Part shown: one piece after another, positions 27,903 through 38,700 of the stretch | Layout of the letters: each line of letters starts with the position of its first letter | How positions within the stretch are numbered: the first letter of the stretch is position 1 | Virus record (IMG/VR): IMGVR_UViG_3300032038_000037 | Coordinates: 35,277-99,276 of that record | Origin: a virus | Taxonomy: Duplodnaviria > Caudoviricetes | Reading direction: 5' to 3' (one strand) | DNA length: 64,000 nt | Notes under the pieces: model-generated | Databases searched by the model: none | What the model was told of the DNA's origin: nothing | What the model saw: only the letters and a program-made list of their open reading frames with translations | Program-made: the position numbers and the translations under genes

Positions 27903-28154
27903 ATGAAGTTGACAGAGAAAAGCACACAGGTACTGGATTATGTTAAGGCTAATGGTGGTAAGGTTTCTATTCCGGAGCTTGCTGAGGCGCTTGATAGAGG
28001 CCCGCGTTCCGTTGGCGCTAACGTCACAGATCTGACAAAGAAGGGTCTTGCTGTGAGAGAGAAGGTTGAGGTCGAAGGAGCTGATAAGCCGGTGACATAT
28101 GTTGTTCTGACCGATGAGGGTGCAAACTTCGTTCCATCTGACGACGAAGAGTAA
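27903..28154 (+). CDS. Small winged-helix DNA-binding protein
   Basis: Start refined to 27903 (AAGGAG RBS); SIPELAEALDRGPRSVGANVTDLTKKGLA...VVLTDEG. Confidence 0.7.
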   Translation: MKLTEKSTQVLDYVKANGGKVSIPELAEALDRGPRSVGANVTDLTKKGLAVREKVEVEGADKPVTYVVLTDEGANFVPSDDEE

Positions 28155-28169
28155 TCCAAAATAAAGAAA

Positions 28170-28197
28170 GGTGGGAGTTTACTCCCACTAATTCTTT
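28170..28197 (+). terminator. Terminator-like hairpin
   Basis: GTGGGAG-ttta-CTCCCAC. Confidence 0.55.
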
Positions 28198-28239
28198 AGC
28201 AAGTTAAAGTGAAAAATAGAATAAAGAGGTAAAAGAATA

Positions 28240-29157
28240 ATGTTAAGACAGGCAGATAATAAAGTAAAGATTGAAGGTATACTTGCTGAAGTTGATATTC
28301 ATCCTAGTACTTTTAAGAAAAATGGCGTAGATGTTGATGCAATCGGTGGAAAAATTATTGTCAATGTAACTCAGCCGATCAATGGTGAGGAAAAGAAGCT
28401 CTCTATTCCTGTTCATATGTTTGCATCGAAGATGACTAACGCTGGAAAACCCAATCCCGCATACGAGTCTATTCAGAGAGTGGCAAACGAGTTTGTGTCT
28501 ATCGCTGCGGCTGGTGGCGAAGAAGGTGCAGATAGAGTTCGAATTACCAATGGAAATATTCGTATGAACGAGTATTACGCGGCAGATGGTCATCTTGTTT
28601 CTTTCCCGAGAGTTAACGCATCTTTCATTCAGAAGATTGCTAAGGCTTCTGATTGTAGACCACAGGCTACTTTTGAAATTGAATTTATGGTCGTTTCAAA
28701 AGGTGAAGAATTTGATAGAAACGAAGAGCTGACTGGACGTTATAAGATTCAGGCTGCGCTTCCGCAGTATGGCGGAAAGGTTGATATTGTCGAATTCTTT
28801 GGAGAAAGTCAGGGAGTTATCGATGCAATTTCAAACTATTGGGAAGTTGGTGATACGGTCAAAGCTGCAGGTCGTCTGAATTTCTCTTCTACAGTAGAAA
28901 CTGTTTATGAAGAGGTCGATTTTGGTGAACCGATTGAAAAGATTAGAACAATCAATAAGAGCGATCTGATCATCACTGGTGGTTCACAGGAGCCGCTTGA
29001 AGGAGACTTCGCATTTGATCAGGCTGAAATTAGAACAGCCATTGCAGAAAGAAAGGCTAGACTTGAAGAGCAGAAAGCAAAAGATATGTCTAGAACTAAG
29101 TCAAAACAGGCACCAGCACAGAAAACAGAAAATGGCTTTGCTGATCTCGGATTTTAA
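28240..29157 (+). CDS. Putative single-stranded DNA-binding protein (tandem OB-fold)
   Basis: NKVKIEGIL N-terminus, acidic/aromatic C-terminus (FADLGF); position before the ATPase as in SPbeta-like replication modules. Confidence 0.6.
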   Translation: MLRQADNKVKIEGILAEVDIHPSTFKKNGVDVDAIGGKIIVNVTQPINGEEKKLSIPVHMFASKMTNAGKPNPAYESIQRVANEFVSIAAAGGEEGADRVRITNGNIRMNEYYAADGHLVSFPRVNASFIQKIAKASDCRPQATFEIEFMVVSKGEEFDRNEELTGRYKIQAALPQYGGKVDIVEFFGESQGVIDAISNYWEVGDTVKAAGRLNFSSTVETVYEEVDFGEPIEKIRTINKSDLIITGGSQEPLEGDFAFDQAEIRTAIAERKARLEEQKAKDMSRTKSKQAPAQKTENGFADLGF

Positions 29158-29170
29158 GGAGTGACAAATT

Positions 29171-30142
29171 ATGGCTATTGATATTCTTAATATTGAGCCA
29201 ACTGTCATTTCAAGAGATTTAAAGGGGAAGTATATTTTAGTATATGGTAAGCCAAAGACAGGTAAAACCACTTTGGCTTCCCGCTTTCCTAAAAATTTAT
29301 TAGTTGCTTTTGAAAAAGGTTATAATGCAATTGACGGCATTAAAGCTATCGACATTAATAAATGGGCAGATTTCAAACTTGTCCTTCGACAGTTAGAAAA
29401 GAAAGAAGCCCAAGAAATGTATGATACTATCACAATTGATACTACTACAATTGCATATGAAATGTGCGAACAGTACATTTGCGCGCAGCATGGTGTTCAA
29501 ACTGTTGCAGATATTCCATGGGGTCAAGGTTATACTGCTACTAAAAAAGAGTTTGAAAAATGTCTGCGGAAAATAACAATGTTAGGCTATGGATTAGTAT
29601 TAATCTCTCATATTGAAACTCGAAAAGAGAAATTAAGCGATGATAACGAAATCGAAATCCTCGCGCCAAGTATGCCAAAGCGTTGTTATGAGGTAGTAAA
29701 TCAGATCGTCGATATTATAGGATATATTTCCACCGAATGGGACGATGATGGTAATAGTACAAGATGGCTTTATACTCGTCAGACCCCAACAGTTATGGCG
29801 GGCAGTCGTTTCAAATATCTCGCTCCTAAGATTAAGTTAGGATATGATGAACTTGTAAAGGCTATCAATGAAGCAATTGATAAACAGAGAGATGTGGATG
29901 GCGCAACAGTAGTAGACAAGGTAGAAACAAAAGTTGAAGAACAGCTCGATTATGATGCAATTCGTAAAGAAGCTTCAGAGTTATGGTCTGAGCTAGTCCA
30001 AAAAGATACAGCTAATGCTGATATTATCTTGAAGAAAGTTGAAATGATTTTCGGAAGAAAAATAAAACTTTCAGAGATTACTGAGGATCAGGTTGATTTG
30101 TTCAATCTCGTTTTAATTGATATGAGAGATATGAAAAAATAA
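29171..30142 (+). CDS. AAA_24/Sak4-like P-loop ATPase (recombination/annealing)
   Basis: VYGKPKTGKTT, FEKG, ITIDT, WGQGY, LISH, VDIIGY, AGSRF. Confidence 0.8.
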   Translation: MAIDILNIEPTVISRDLKGKYILVYGKPKTGKTTLASRFPKNLLVAFEKGYNAIDGIKAIDINKWADFKLVLRQLEKKEAQEMYDTITIDTTTIAYEMCEQYICAQHGVQTVADIPWGQGYTATKKEFEKCLRKITMLGYGLVLISHIETRKEKLSDDNEIEILAPSMPKRCYEVVNQIVDIIGYISTEWDDDGNSTRWLYTRQTPTVMAGSRFKYLAPKIKLGYDELVKAINEAIDKQRDVDGATVVDKVETKVEEQLDYDAIRKEASELWSELVQKDTANADIILKKVEMIFGRKIKLSEITEDQVDLFNLVLIDMRDMKK

Positions 30143-30157
30143 ATATATTTTACGTTT

Positions 30158-30180
30158 AAAAGAGCCGAGAGGCTCTTTTA
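30158..30180 (+). terminator. Intrinsic terminator
   Basis: AAAAGAGCC-gaga-GGCTCTTTT. Confidence 0.8.
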
Positions 30181-30212
30181 AATTTGACATTTTTTCCTTT
30201 TTTTAGTATAAT
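30180..30212 (+). promoter_or_regulatory. sigmaA-like promoter
   Basis: TTGACA 30184-89, 17-nt spacer, TATAAT 30207-12. Confidence 0.85.
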
Positions 30213-30236
30213 ATAATTAGGAAAAGAGGTATTAAT

Positions 30237-30785
30237 ATGAAAAAGTATCAACCAGTACATTGTCGAATTTGTGGACAAGTTATAGACAGAAATATTGAAA
30301 AAGAAGGGGTAGATTGGATAATGCCAAGTACAAATTGGTATTACCATAAATCATGCTATGAAAATTGGAAACAAGGAACTCCAGAAAATGATGAAGCATA
30401 TATAGGTTTTATTTATGATTATATTTCACGAGATTTAAAGATGAAATATGATTATTATATGTGTGAAGCCCAGCGAAAGAAATTTATTTCTGAAAATAAA
30501 ATGACTAATAAAGGTATTTTCTTTACTTTAAAATATTTTTATGATGTAAAAGGTGGCAGCTGGGATAAGTCTCATGGCGGAATTGGAATAGTTCCTTTTA
30601 TATATAATGAAGCCTGTAATTATTGGGTAAAGAAAGAAAAAAGTGATAATGGTATAATAGCTAGAATTGAACAACAAATAAAAGAAGCTCGACAAAGAGA
30701 TAAGAAAGTAGTACGAAAAAAGACTAGAAAGAAAAAGGTAGTTATAGATTTAGGCGCGATTGGAGAAATGGAGAACGACGAATGA
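30237..30785 (+). CDS. Zn-binding replication-associated protein (helicase-partner position)
   Basis: CRIC...HKSC; TLKYFY...GIGIVPFIY; overlaps the helicase start. Confidence 0.6.
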   Translation: MKKYQPVHCRICGQVIDRNIEKEGVDWIMPSTNWYYHKSCYENWKQGTPENDEAYIGFIYDYISRDLKMKYDYYMCEAQRKKFISENKMTNKGIFFTLKYFYDVKGGSWDKSHGGIGIVPFIYNEACNYWVKKEKSDNGIIARIEQQIKEARQRDKKVVRKKTRKKKVVIDLGAIGEMENDE

Positions 30786-32353
30786 ATATAGATAAAAACT
30801 GTATTCAGCAAGTTTTAGGAAGTCTAATTAAACACCCTCAATTTCTAAGCGAAATAGATAAATATTCATTTGTATTAACGGATTTTCCAAGCAAATTTGA
30901 GAAATATATTTTCTCTGCAATTAATGGATTATATCGCAACGGCGCGCCGAAGATACAAATAGTAGATATAGAAAACTTTTTAAGTTCTGATGAAATAGCT
31001 AAAAAAACTTTTGAACAACAAAATGGAATTGAATATTTATTAGATATTATTGAACTAGCTGAAGTAGAAAATTTTCAATATTATTATAATAAATTTAAGA
31101 AGTTAAATCTGTTAAAAGATTTACAAAGAAATGGGTTTGATATTAGCGAATTCTATGAAGAAGATTTAACCAACCCTAAGTATCAGGAAATAAACAGAAG
31201 ATTTGAATCACTTAGTTTAAAAGAAATTACAAATCATATTAGAAGCAAGGTTCTTAATTTAGAGAATAAATATGAAGTAAATGATGAAATAGAAGTAGAA
31301 AGTGCTGCAAAAGAAATTGATAGTTTCATCGAAGATTTACAAGAACTTCAAGAAATTGGATTGCCAGTTCAAGGGGCGATTTATAATCAAATTATTGACG
31401 GCGCGAGGCCAGGAACATTAACGATTCGTTCAGCAGCAAGCTCAGTTGGTAAGACAAGAAATGCAGTAGCTGATGCTTGCTTTTTGGCATATCCTTTTAG
31501 GTATAATAGTACAACCTGCGAATGGGAACAAAAAGGAAGTTGCGAAAGAGTTTTATTCATAGTAACTGAGCAGCAATTTAAAGAAGTTAGAAAGATGATT
31601 TTGGCATATCTTACAGATTGTAATGAAGCTCGTTTTAAGTATGGAGATTTTAATGAGAGAGAAAAGCAAGTTATATCTCAGGCGATTTCTATAATGAAAA
31701 AATATGACGATAATTTAATATTAGTAAAAATGCCGAATCCAACAATAGAACTTGTAAAAACTATTGTAAGGGAAAACTGTATTACAAAAGATATTAGATA
31801 TGTATTCTATGATTATATCTTTATTGGACCGTCGTTACTGAATGAGTTTAAAGGATTTGCATTAAGAAATGATGAAGTATTATTAATGTTTGCGACCGCT
31901 TTAAAAGACTTGGCTGTTGAATTAGATGTGGCAATGTTTACATCAACTCAGTTAAATGCAAAAGGTGATGATAATAGAGAAATAAGAAATGAAGGAACAT
32001 TAGCAGGCGGCCGCAGCACAATTAATAAAGCTGATAATGGTTCAATTATGGCACGACCTACCAAAGAAGAATTAGAAGTTCTTGAACCATTGTTTGATGA
32101 AAGAGGTATGCCGAACTTAGTAACTGATATTTTTAAAGTTAGAAGTGGTGAATGGACTCAAGTTAGAATCTGGTCAATTATGAATTTAGGAACTTTAAAA
32201 AAGGAAGATTTATTTGTAACGGATTCAAGATTAGAGCCAATTGAAGGTTTCTATGAACGTGAAGAATATCAAATTAAAAGCTGGGATAGTGAAGAAGATA
32301 TTGAGTTTAAACATTTATTAGATAAATTAGAAAGTGGTGAGGAAATTGATTAA
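30782..32353 (+). CDS. DnaB-like replicative helicase
   Basis: Walker A AASSVGKT, FIVTEQ, VFYDYI, LKDLAVELDVAMFTSTQLN, KAD, FKVRSG. Confidence 0.85.
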   Translation: MNIDKNCIQQVLGSLIKHPQFLSEIDKYSFVLTDFPSKFEKYIFSAINGLYRNGAPKIQIVDIENFLSSDEIAKKTFEQQNGIEYLLDIIELAEVENFQYYYNKFKKLNLLKDLQRNGFDISEFYEEDLTNPKYQEINRRFESLSLKEITNHIRSKVLNLENKYEVNDEIEVESAAKEIDSFIEDLQELQEIGLPVQGAIYNQIIDGARPGTLTIRSAASSVGKTRNAVADACFLAYPFRYNSTTCEWEQKGSCERVLFIVTEQQFKEVRKMILAYLTDCNEARFKYGDFNEREKQVISQAISIMKKYDDNLILVKMPNPTIELVKTIVRENCITKDIRYVFYDYIFIGPSLLNEFKGFALRNDEVLLMFATALKDLAVELDVAMFTSTQLNAKGDDNREIRNEGTLAGGRSTINKADNGSIMARPTKEELEVLEPLFDERGMPNLVTDIFKVRSGEWTQVRIWSIMNLGTLKKEDLFVTDSRLEPIEGFYEREEYQIKSWDSEEDIEFKHLLDKLESGEEID

Positions 32354-33398
32354 TTATCAAGGTATAATAGACAATCTTAGTACTAAGAAAGTTATTCAAT
32401 TAATGAACACACTTGGCGCAGATGACTATATTGAAAAACCTGGATATGTAGTTTTTCCAACTATATGTCATAATGAAGATGCTTCTGAAGCATCGATGAA
32501 ATTATACTTTTATGAAAATTCACATTTGTTTTTATGTTATACGCAATGTGGAGCTATGACAATTTTCCAATTTCTCAAAAATTATTATGAAACAAGAGGA
32601 ATTGAATATGATTGGTATAGCGATATTTATAGAGTTATTTTAGATTGTTCTAATTTTAATGCAATTGATAACTTTAAGACTAAGAAATATAAAAGTAAAA
32701 AAGATAGGTATATTTATAAAGAAATTCCGGAACTTCCAGTTTATTCTAATGGAATATTAGATTGTTTTACTAAATTCTATCCTCCAGAGTGGTTAAATGA
32801 TGGAATCACCAAAGATTCAATGGATAAGTTTAATATTTATTATTCTACCATTCAAAATAAAATTATTATTCCACATTATAACCTTAATGGAGAACTAATT
32901 GGAATACGAGGGCGCGCCCTCAACAATTGGGAAGTTGAAAATGTTGGAAAATATATGCCAGTACAAATTGAAGGCAAATGGTATAGTCATCCATTGAGTT
33001 TAAACTTATATGGATTAAATATAACTAAAGAGAATATTAAAAGAAATAAAATTTGTTATATCTTTGAATCAGAAAAATCTGTAATGCAATGTGATAGTTT
33101 TCAAATGGATAATTGCGCGGTTGCAGTATGTGGAAGTCAACTAAATAAATGGCAAATTAAAATTTTGGTAAAAGAATGCCATCCACAAGAAATTGTAGTT
33201 TGCTTTGATAAAGAAGAACAACCTCCAGATGAAGAATATTTTAATAAGCTATATAAAATATGTAGCAAATATAAGAATTACGCAGATTTTTCTTTTATAT
33301 ATGATCGGGAGAAGTTATTAAATATGAAAGATTCTCCCAGTGATAAAGGAGAAGAAATTTTTAAGAAACTGTTAAGCAAAAGAGTGAGAGTAAGATGA
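32334..33398 (+). CDS. DnaG-like primase
   Basis: N-terminal Zn site (TICHN...CYTQC), IIIPHY...GIRGR, LYGLN, Toprim-like FESEKS and CFDKE, KDSPSD. Confidence 0.8.
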   Translation: MVRKLINYQGIIDNLSTKKVIQLMNTLGADDYIEKPGYVVFPTICHNEDASEASMKLYFYENSHLFLCYTQCGAMTIFQFLKNYYETRGIEYDWYSDIYRVILDCSNFNAIDNFKTKKYKSKKDRYIYKEIPELPVYSNGILDCFTKFYPPEWLNDGITKDSMDKFNIYYSTIQNKIIIPHYNLNGELIGIRGRALNNWEVENVGKYMPVQIEGKWYSHPLSLNLYGLNITKENIKRNKICYIFESEKSVMQCDSFQMDNCAVAVCGSQLNKWQIKILVKECHPQEIVVCFDKEEQPPDEEYFNKLYKICSKYKNYADFSFIYDREKLLNMKDSPSDKGEEIFKKLLSKRVRVR

Positions 33399-33399
33399 T

Positions 33400-35133
33400 A
33401 TGAAATGTAAGTTAGTAAATGAAAATTTTAAAGATAATTATACGAGAAAATTATTATGTAGTAGAGGATTATTAGAAAATGAATTAAATTCTTTTTACAA
33501 TCCGGAAAGTTCTTTAGTACAGTCACCACAGGCATTTGAAAATATCGCTGAAGGAGCAGCACTATTATCAAAACATCTTAATCAGTTAAGTAATTTAGCT
33601 CTTGTAGTAGATAGTGATGTTGATGGTTTTACAAGCTCTGCAATTATTTATCAATATTTAAAACTTATTATTCCTCAAATTAATATTAAATATTTTTTAC
33701 ACAAGGGAAAAGGTCATGGACTTAGTGATACTATTGATGATATATTAAACGATGATTGTAAGTTTGGGTTAGTAATTATACCAGATGCAGGAAGTAATGA
33801 TGACGAATATCATTTGAAATTAAAAGAAGAAGAAATAGATTGTTTAGTTCTTGATCACCATATTTTAGAAGAAGATACGAAAATAATAGACAATACAATT
33901 ATTATTAATAATCAAGCTTCACAAGAGTATAAAAATAAAAACCTCTCAGGCGCAGGAGTTACTTGGCAATTTTGTAGATACCTTGACTATCTAACAAAAA
34001 ATAATTATGCAGAAAAATTAATTGATCTCGCCGCACTCGGAATTGTTAGTGATATGATGAGTGTTCTAGAATTAGAAAACAGATATATTATTCAAGAAGG
34101 TTTTAACAATATTAATAATTATTTTTTCCAGTGTTTATGTGACAAACAATCCTACTCAATGGGAGGAAAAGTAACCCCTATGACAGTAGCCTTTTATATA
34201 ACCCCATTAATTAATGCTATGATTAGAGTAGGTACGGCTGAGGAAAAAGGAAGATTATTTGAAGCTTTTATCGATGGGCATAAACTAGTAGAAAGTCATA
34301 AGCGCGGAGCTAAAGGAATAATGGCAGAAGTCGCTATTGAATCCGCACGAGAATGTACTAACGCGCGAGCAAGGCAAAATCGTATTCTTGATAAGGCTGT
34401 TGAAGAATTAGAAATTAAAATTCACAAGTATGACCTACTTGAAAATAAAATTCTTTTTGTAAGACTTGATGTAGAAGATTTTCCACCAGAATTAAATGGC
34501 TTAATCGCTATGAAGTTGGCGGCGCGCTACCAACGTCCGACAATTGTAGCAAGACTAAATGATGAGGGCGAAATCAAAGGTTCAAGTAGAGGACTTAATG
34601 AATCAGAATTAGTTTCTTTTAAAAACTTTATGGACGAAAGCGGTTTCTTTACTTTTACAGCTGGTCATGATAATGCTTGTGGAATTGGTATTTATGATAA
34701 AAATTTAAGTAATTTCCACGATTATGCAAATAAAGAATTAGCTAACATAGATTTTGGAGAAAATTGGTATGAAGTAAATTTTGAACGCATCGCAGCAGAT
34801 AAAGACATAAGAGATTTAATTGAAGATTTAACAACTCATAATGATATTTGGGGACAACATAATAATGAACCAATGATTCATATTACGGACATTAATGTAA
34901 CACCTTCAGATATTCAAATAATGGGTAAAAATCAAGATACCGTTAAGATAATGAAAAATGGAATAGCTTATATGTTCTTTAAATGCAAAGATCGAATTGA
35001 TGAATTTAAGAAGTATAAACAAATGAAAATTGATCTTGTAGGTCGCGCAAACATGAATGAGTGGATGGGTAACTTCACTCCGCAAATTTTTGTAAGTGAT
35101 TTTGAAATTAATGATGGGAGCTTAGGATTTTAA
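33400..35133 (+). CDS. recJ: RecJ-like ssDNA exonuclease (DHH)
   Basis: DSDVDGFTS, HGL, PDAGS, LDHH, SGAGV, GIVSDMM, PLINA..R, GSSR, AGHDNACG. Confidence 0.9.
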   Translation: MKCKLVNENFKDNYTRKLLCSRGLLENELNSFYNPESSLVQSPQAFENIAEGAALLSKHLNQLSNLALVVDSDVDGFTSSAIIYQYLKLIIPQINIKYFLHKGKGHGLSDTIDDILNDDCKFGLVIIPDAGSNDDEYHLKLKEEEIDCLVLDHHILEEDTKIIDNTIIINNQASQEYKNKNLSGAGVTWQFCRYLDYLTKNNYAEKLIDLAALGIVSDMMSVLELENRYIIQEGFNNINNYFFQCLCDKQSYSMGGKVTPMTVAFYITPLINAMIRVGTAEEKGRLFEAFIDGHKLVESHKRGAKGIMAEVAIESARECTNARARQNRILDKAVEELEIKIHKYDLLENKILFVRLDVEDFPPELNGLIAMKLAARYQRPTIVARLNDEGEIKGSSRGLNESELVSFKNFMDESGFFTFTAGHDNACGIGIYDKNLSNFHDYANKELANIDFGENWYEVNFERIAADKDIRDLIEDLTTHNDIWGQHNNEPMIHITDINVTPSDIQIMGKNQDTVKIMKNGIAYMFFKCKDRIDEFKKYKQMKIDLVGRANMNEWMGNFTPQIFVSDFEINDGSLGF

Positions 35134-35327
35134 TGGAATGGCAAGAATATCAAAAAATGACGGATGCATTAGGTATTAATACTTCAGAATGGGAACAGGT
35201 AGATGTGCAATGTCCTGTTTGCGGAGAACGTATTTATAAAAATACTGTATATGTTCTAACAACTTATCCATGTCAATTTAAATATAAATGTTTTAACTGC
35301 GATTGGTCTGGTACTGCATATCACTAA
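35133..35327 (+). CDS. Small Zn-ribbon protein
   Basis: CPVC...CFNC. Confidence 0.65.
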   Translation: MEWQEYQKMTDALGINTSEWEQVDVQCPVCGERIYKNTVYVLTTYPCQFKYKCFNCDWSGTAYH

Positions 35328-35329
35328 TT

Positions 35330-35370
35330 AATTTGACAATTTAATAAAATTTTTATATAATATATATAGA
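35330..35370 (+). promoter_or_regulatory. sigmaA-like promoter
   Basis: TTGACA 35333-38, 17-nt spacer, TATAAT 35356-61, then ATATATAG. Confidence 0.85.
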
Positions 35371-35389
35371 ATAAAAGAAAGGAGTAAAA

Positions 35390-35548
35390 ATGAAAGAAGA
35401 ATTATTACAATTATATATTAATGCTTTAGAAGACGCAACAGGTTTTTATTGTAGTGAATACAGTACTTCGAGAGATGAAGATGAAGAAAGAAGACAAAAC
35501 GACCAAGAATTAATAAAATATTTTAAATCTATATTAGAACTATTATAA
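35390..35548 (+). CDS. 52-aa hypothetical protein (not in the ORF track)
   Basis: AAGGAG RBS; MKEELLQLYINALEDATGFYCSEY...KSILELL. Confidence 0.65.
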   Translation: MKEELLQLYINALEDATGFYCSEYSTSRDEDEERRQNDQELIKYFKSILELL

Positions 35549-35573
35549 TATAAAAAAGAAAAGGAGTGTAATC

Positions 35574-35768
35574 ATGGAAAGAAAAATTACTTATAGTTTT
35601 ACCGATGAAGAAACAAAAGAAGCGGTGGATAAATTTAAAAATAATTGTCCGCTTAATTCGATAGAACTAATAGCATTAGTTTGCGGTGCTGAAAAATGGA
35701 TTGAATTTAAAGAAGAATGTAAGGCAGACCCATCATATCAATGGGGATATGGGCATTGTTATTATTAA
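35574..35768 (+). CDS. Hypothetical protein
   Basis: AAGGAG RBS, 64 aa. Confidence 0.65.
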   Translation: MERKITYSFTDEETKEAVDKFKNNCPLNSIELIALVCGAEKWIEFKEECKADPSYQWGYGHCYY

Positions 35769-35785
35769 AATAAACCAAAGGAATA

Positions 35786-38700
35786 ATGCGAATGAGTGAT
35801 TTAAAATATCCTGGATCGCTGCATAATCATACCGATTTTAGTAACTTTCGTTTACGCGATAGTATTAATACAGTTGAATCATTAATTGATTATGCCGTCG
35901 AACTTGGACATGAAGTAGTAGCAATTACCGAACATGATACAATTGCAAGTGCTGTTAGAACAGAAAAATATTATAATAAAATAAAAGAAAGTAATCCGAA
36001 TTTTAAAGTAATTTTTGGTAATGAAATTTATCTTGTTCGTAATGGTTTAACAAATGAGAATTTTAATAAAGAAGTAGATAGATATTTTCATTTTATACTT
36101 TTAGCAAAAGATGAAATTGGTCACAGGCAAATTAGAGAAATCTCAACTCGTGCATGGATGCGGAGTTGGGTTTCTCGTCGTATGCGAAGAGTTCCAACAT
36201 ATTATCAAGATTTAATTGATATTATTAAAGCCAATCCTGGTCATGTAATTGGTAGTACAGCTTGTTTAGGCGGTTGTTTACCTGTTCAATTAATAAGATT
36301 ACGTGACACAGGCGCACCTTCGATGGATAAACTCAAAATATGGATTAAACAAATGCAAGAAATCTTTGGAAAAGAAGATTTCTATTTTGAAATGCAGCCA
36401 TCGAAGAATAAGGATCAGATTTATGTAAATAATGAATTGATTAAATTAAGTAATGAACTCGATATTAAATATATCATTACAAACGATGCTCATTATTTAA
36501 AAAAAGAAGATAGATCAATTCATAAAGCATTTCTCAACGCTCAACAGGGAGATAGAGAAGTTGATGACTTCTATGCAACAACCTATTTAATGAGTGATGA
36601 GGAAATTAGAGAATATATGGAAGATAAGGTTGGAGAAGATGTACTTCAAAAGTCTTATCAAAACATAATTGAAATTAAAAATAAATGTAAAGATTTCAGC
36701 TTAATGAAGCCATTGAAGATTCCGAGATTAAATTGGAAAACTTTTGATGTAAAGCCTGATGCTTTACAACTTTGGAATGATAAGATTCCTTATTTAAGAA
36801 AGTTTCTTGAATCAGAATATGCAGAAGATAGACATTTAGCATATGCGGTTGTTGATAGATTAGTCAATAGTACAGTAGAAGATAATTTATGGAATCAAAA
36901 AACAGCAGATGAAATAAATGCTTGTCTTGAAGATACATGGGTTAGTTCAGAAGTAAATGGTTCTCGCTGGAGCGCATACTTCTTAAATCTTCAAAATATT
37001 ATTGATAGCTGCTGGGACGCTGGAACATTAGTAGGTTGCGGGCGCGGCTCTGGTGTAGGTTTTATTTTATTATATTTGTTAGGAATTACGCAGATTAATC
37101 CATTAAGAGAAAAAGCACCTACATTTAGATGGAGATTCTTAAATCCTGAACGTGTATCTGTCCTTGATGTTGACATTGATATTGAAGGTGGACGAAGGGC
37201 AGAAGTATTAAGTAAATTTAGAGATATTTATGGAAATGATAGAGTTGCAAATGTTTTGACCTTAAAAACTGAAAAGTCTAAATCTGCAATTCTTACGGCA
37301 GCAAGAGGTTTAGGAATTGATGTTGATACAGCACAATATCTTTCATCTTTTATTGAAGCAGATAGAGGACAGCTTAGAACCCTTCATCAAACATTTTATG
37401 GAGATCCAGAAAATGGAATCAGCGCAAGTAACAAATTTAGAGAAGAAATGGAAGACAATTACCCAGAACTTTGGGAAGTTGCAAAAAGGATTGAAGGACT
37501 TATCAATGGCTGCGGAGTCCACGCAGGAGGCGTTATCTTCGTTGATGAACCTTTCACGGAAACATCTGCCCTCATGCGGGCGCCAAGTGGAGAAATTATA
37601 ACTCAATTTGATCTTCATGACGCTGAGGATACTGGACTTATTAAATATGATATTCTTTCAGTAGAAGCTCTTGATAAGATTCATAATTGTATTGATTTGA
37701 TTTGTGATTATGGATATGAAAAAAGAGAAGCTACATTAAAAGAAACCTATGAAAAGATCGTAGGTATTTATAATTTAGAGCGCAATGATCCTAAAATGTG
37801 GGAAATGTGTTGGAATCATAAGGTTCAAAGTTTATTCCAAATGGAGAAACAAAGTGGTATTCAAGGAATAGCCGTAATGAAACCAACATCAGTGGATGAC
37901 TTGGCAATTCTTAACTCTGCAATTAGATTAATGGCAACTGAAAAAGGTGGAGAAATGCCCGTAAATAAATTGGCAAGATTTAAGGCACATCCAGTTGATT
38001 GGGATTATGAGCTGAAGAAATATGGATTAGGTGAAGATGCAAAAAAAGTATTGGCGCCAGTATTGAATATTTCATATGGATTATGTATAGCTCAAGAACA
38101 GTTTATGCAGTTGGTTCAGCTACCAGAATTAGGTGGTTTTAATCTTACTTGGGCAGATAAGTTAAGAAAGTCAATTGCAAAAAAGAATCCTGCGGAATAT
38201 GACAAATTAACAAAAGAATATTTTGAAGAAATTGTTAAGCGCGGATGTGATGAGCAGCTTTGTAAATATACATGGAACGTGCTTATTGCGATGTCAAAAG
38301 GTTATGGTTTTAACTTGTCTCATACGCTCGCATATTCATTAATTGGTTTACAGGAATTAAATTTAGCATTTCATTATCCAACAATTCTTTGGGACTGTGC
38401 ATGTCTTATCTCTGATAGCGGCGGCACCGAAAATAAAGAAGAAGATGATGAAGAAGAAATTATTGTAGAAGAACCGACCTATTATAATGAAATGGAAGAC
38501 TTCACCGATGAAGATGAAAGTGATGTTGTAAATGAATATGACGAAGAAGATTGTGACGGTTATCCTGCAACAGTAAAAGTTTTAAAAAGTGGTAAAAAGA
38601 AAAAGAAAGTTAAGACCACTAACTATGGTAAAATAGCTACAGCAATTGGTAAAATGAAAAGTGAGGGTATTAAAATTGTAGCCACTGACATAAATAAGTC

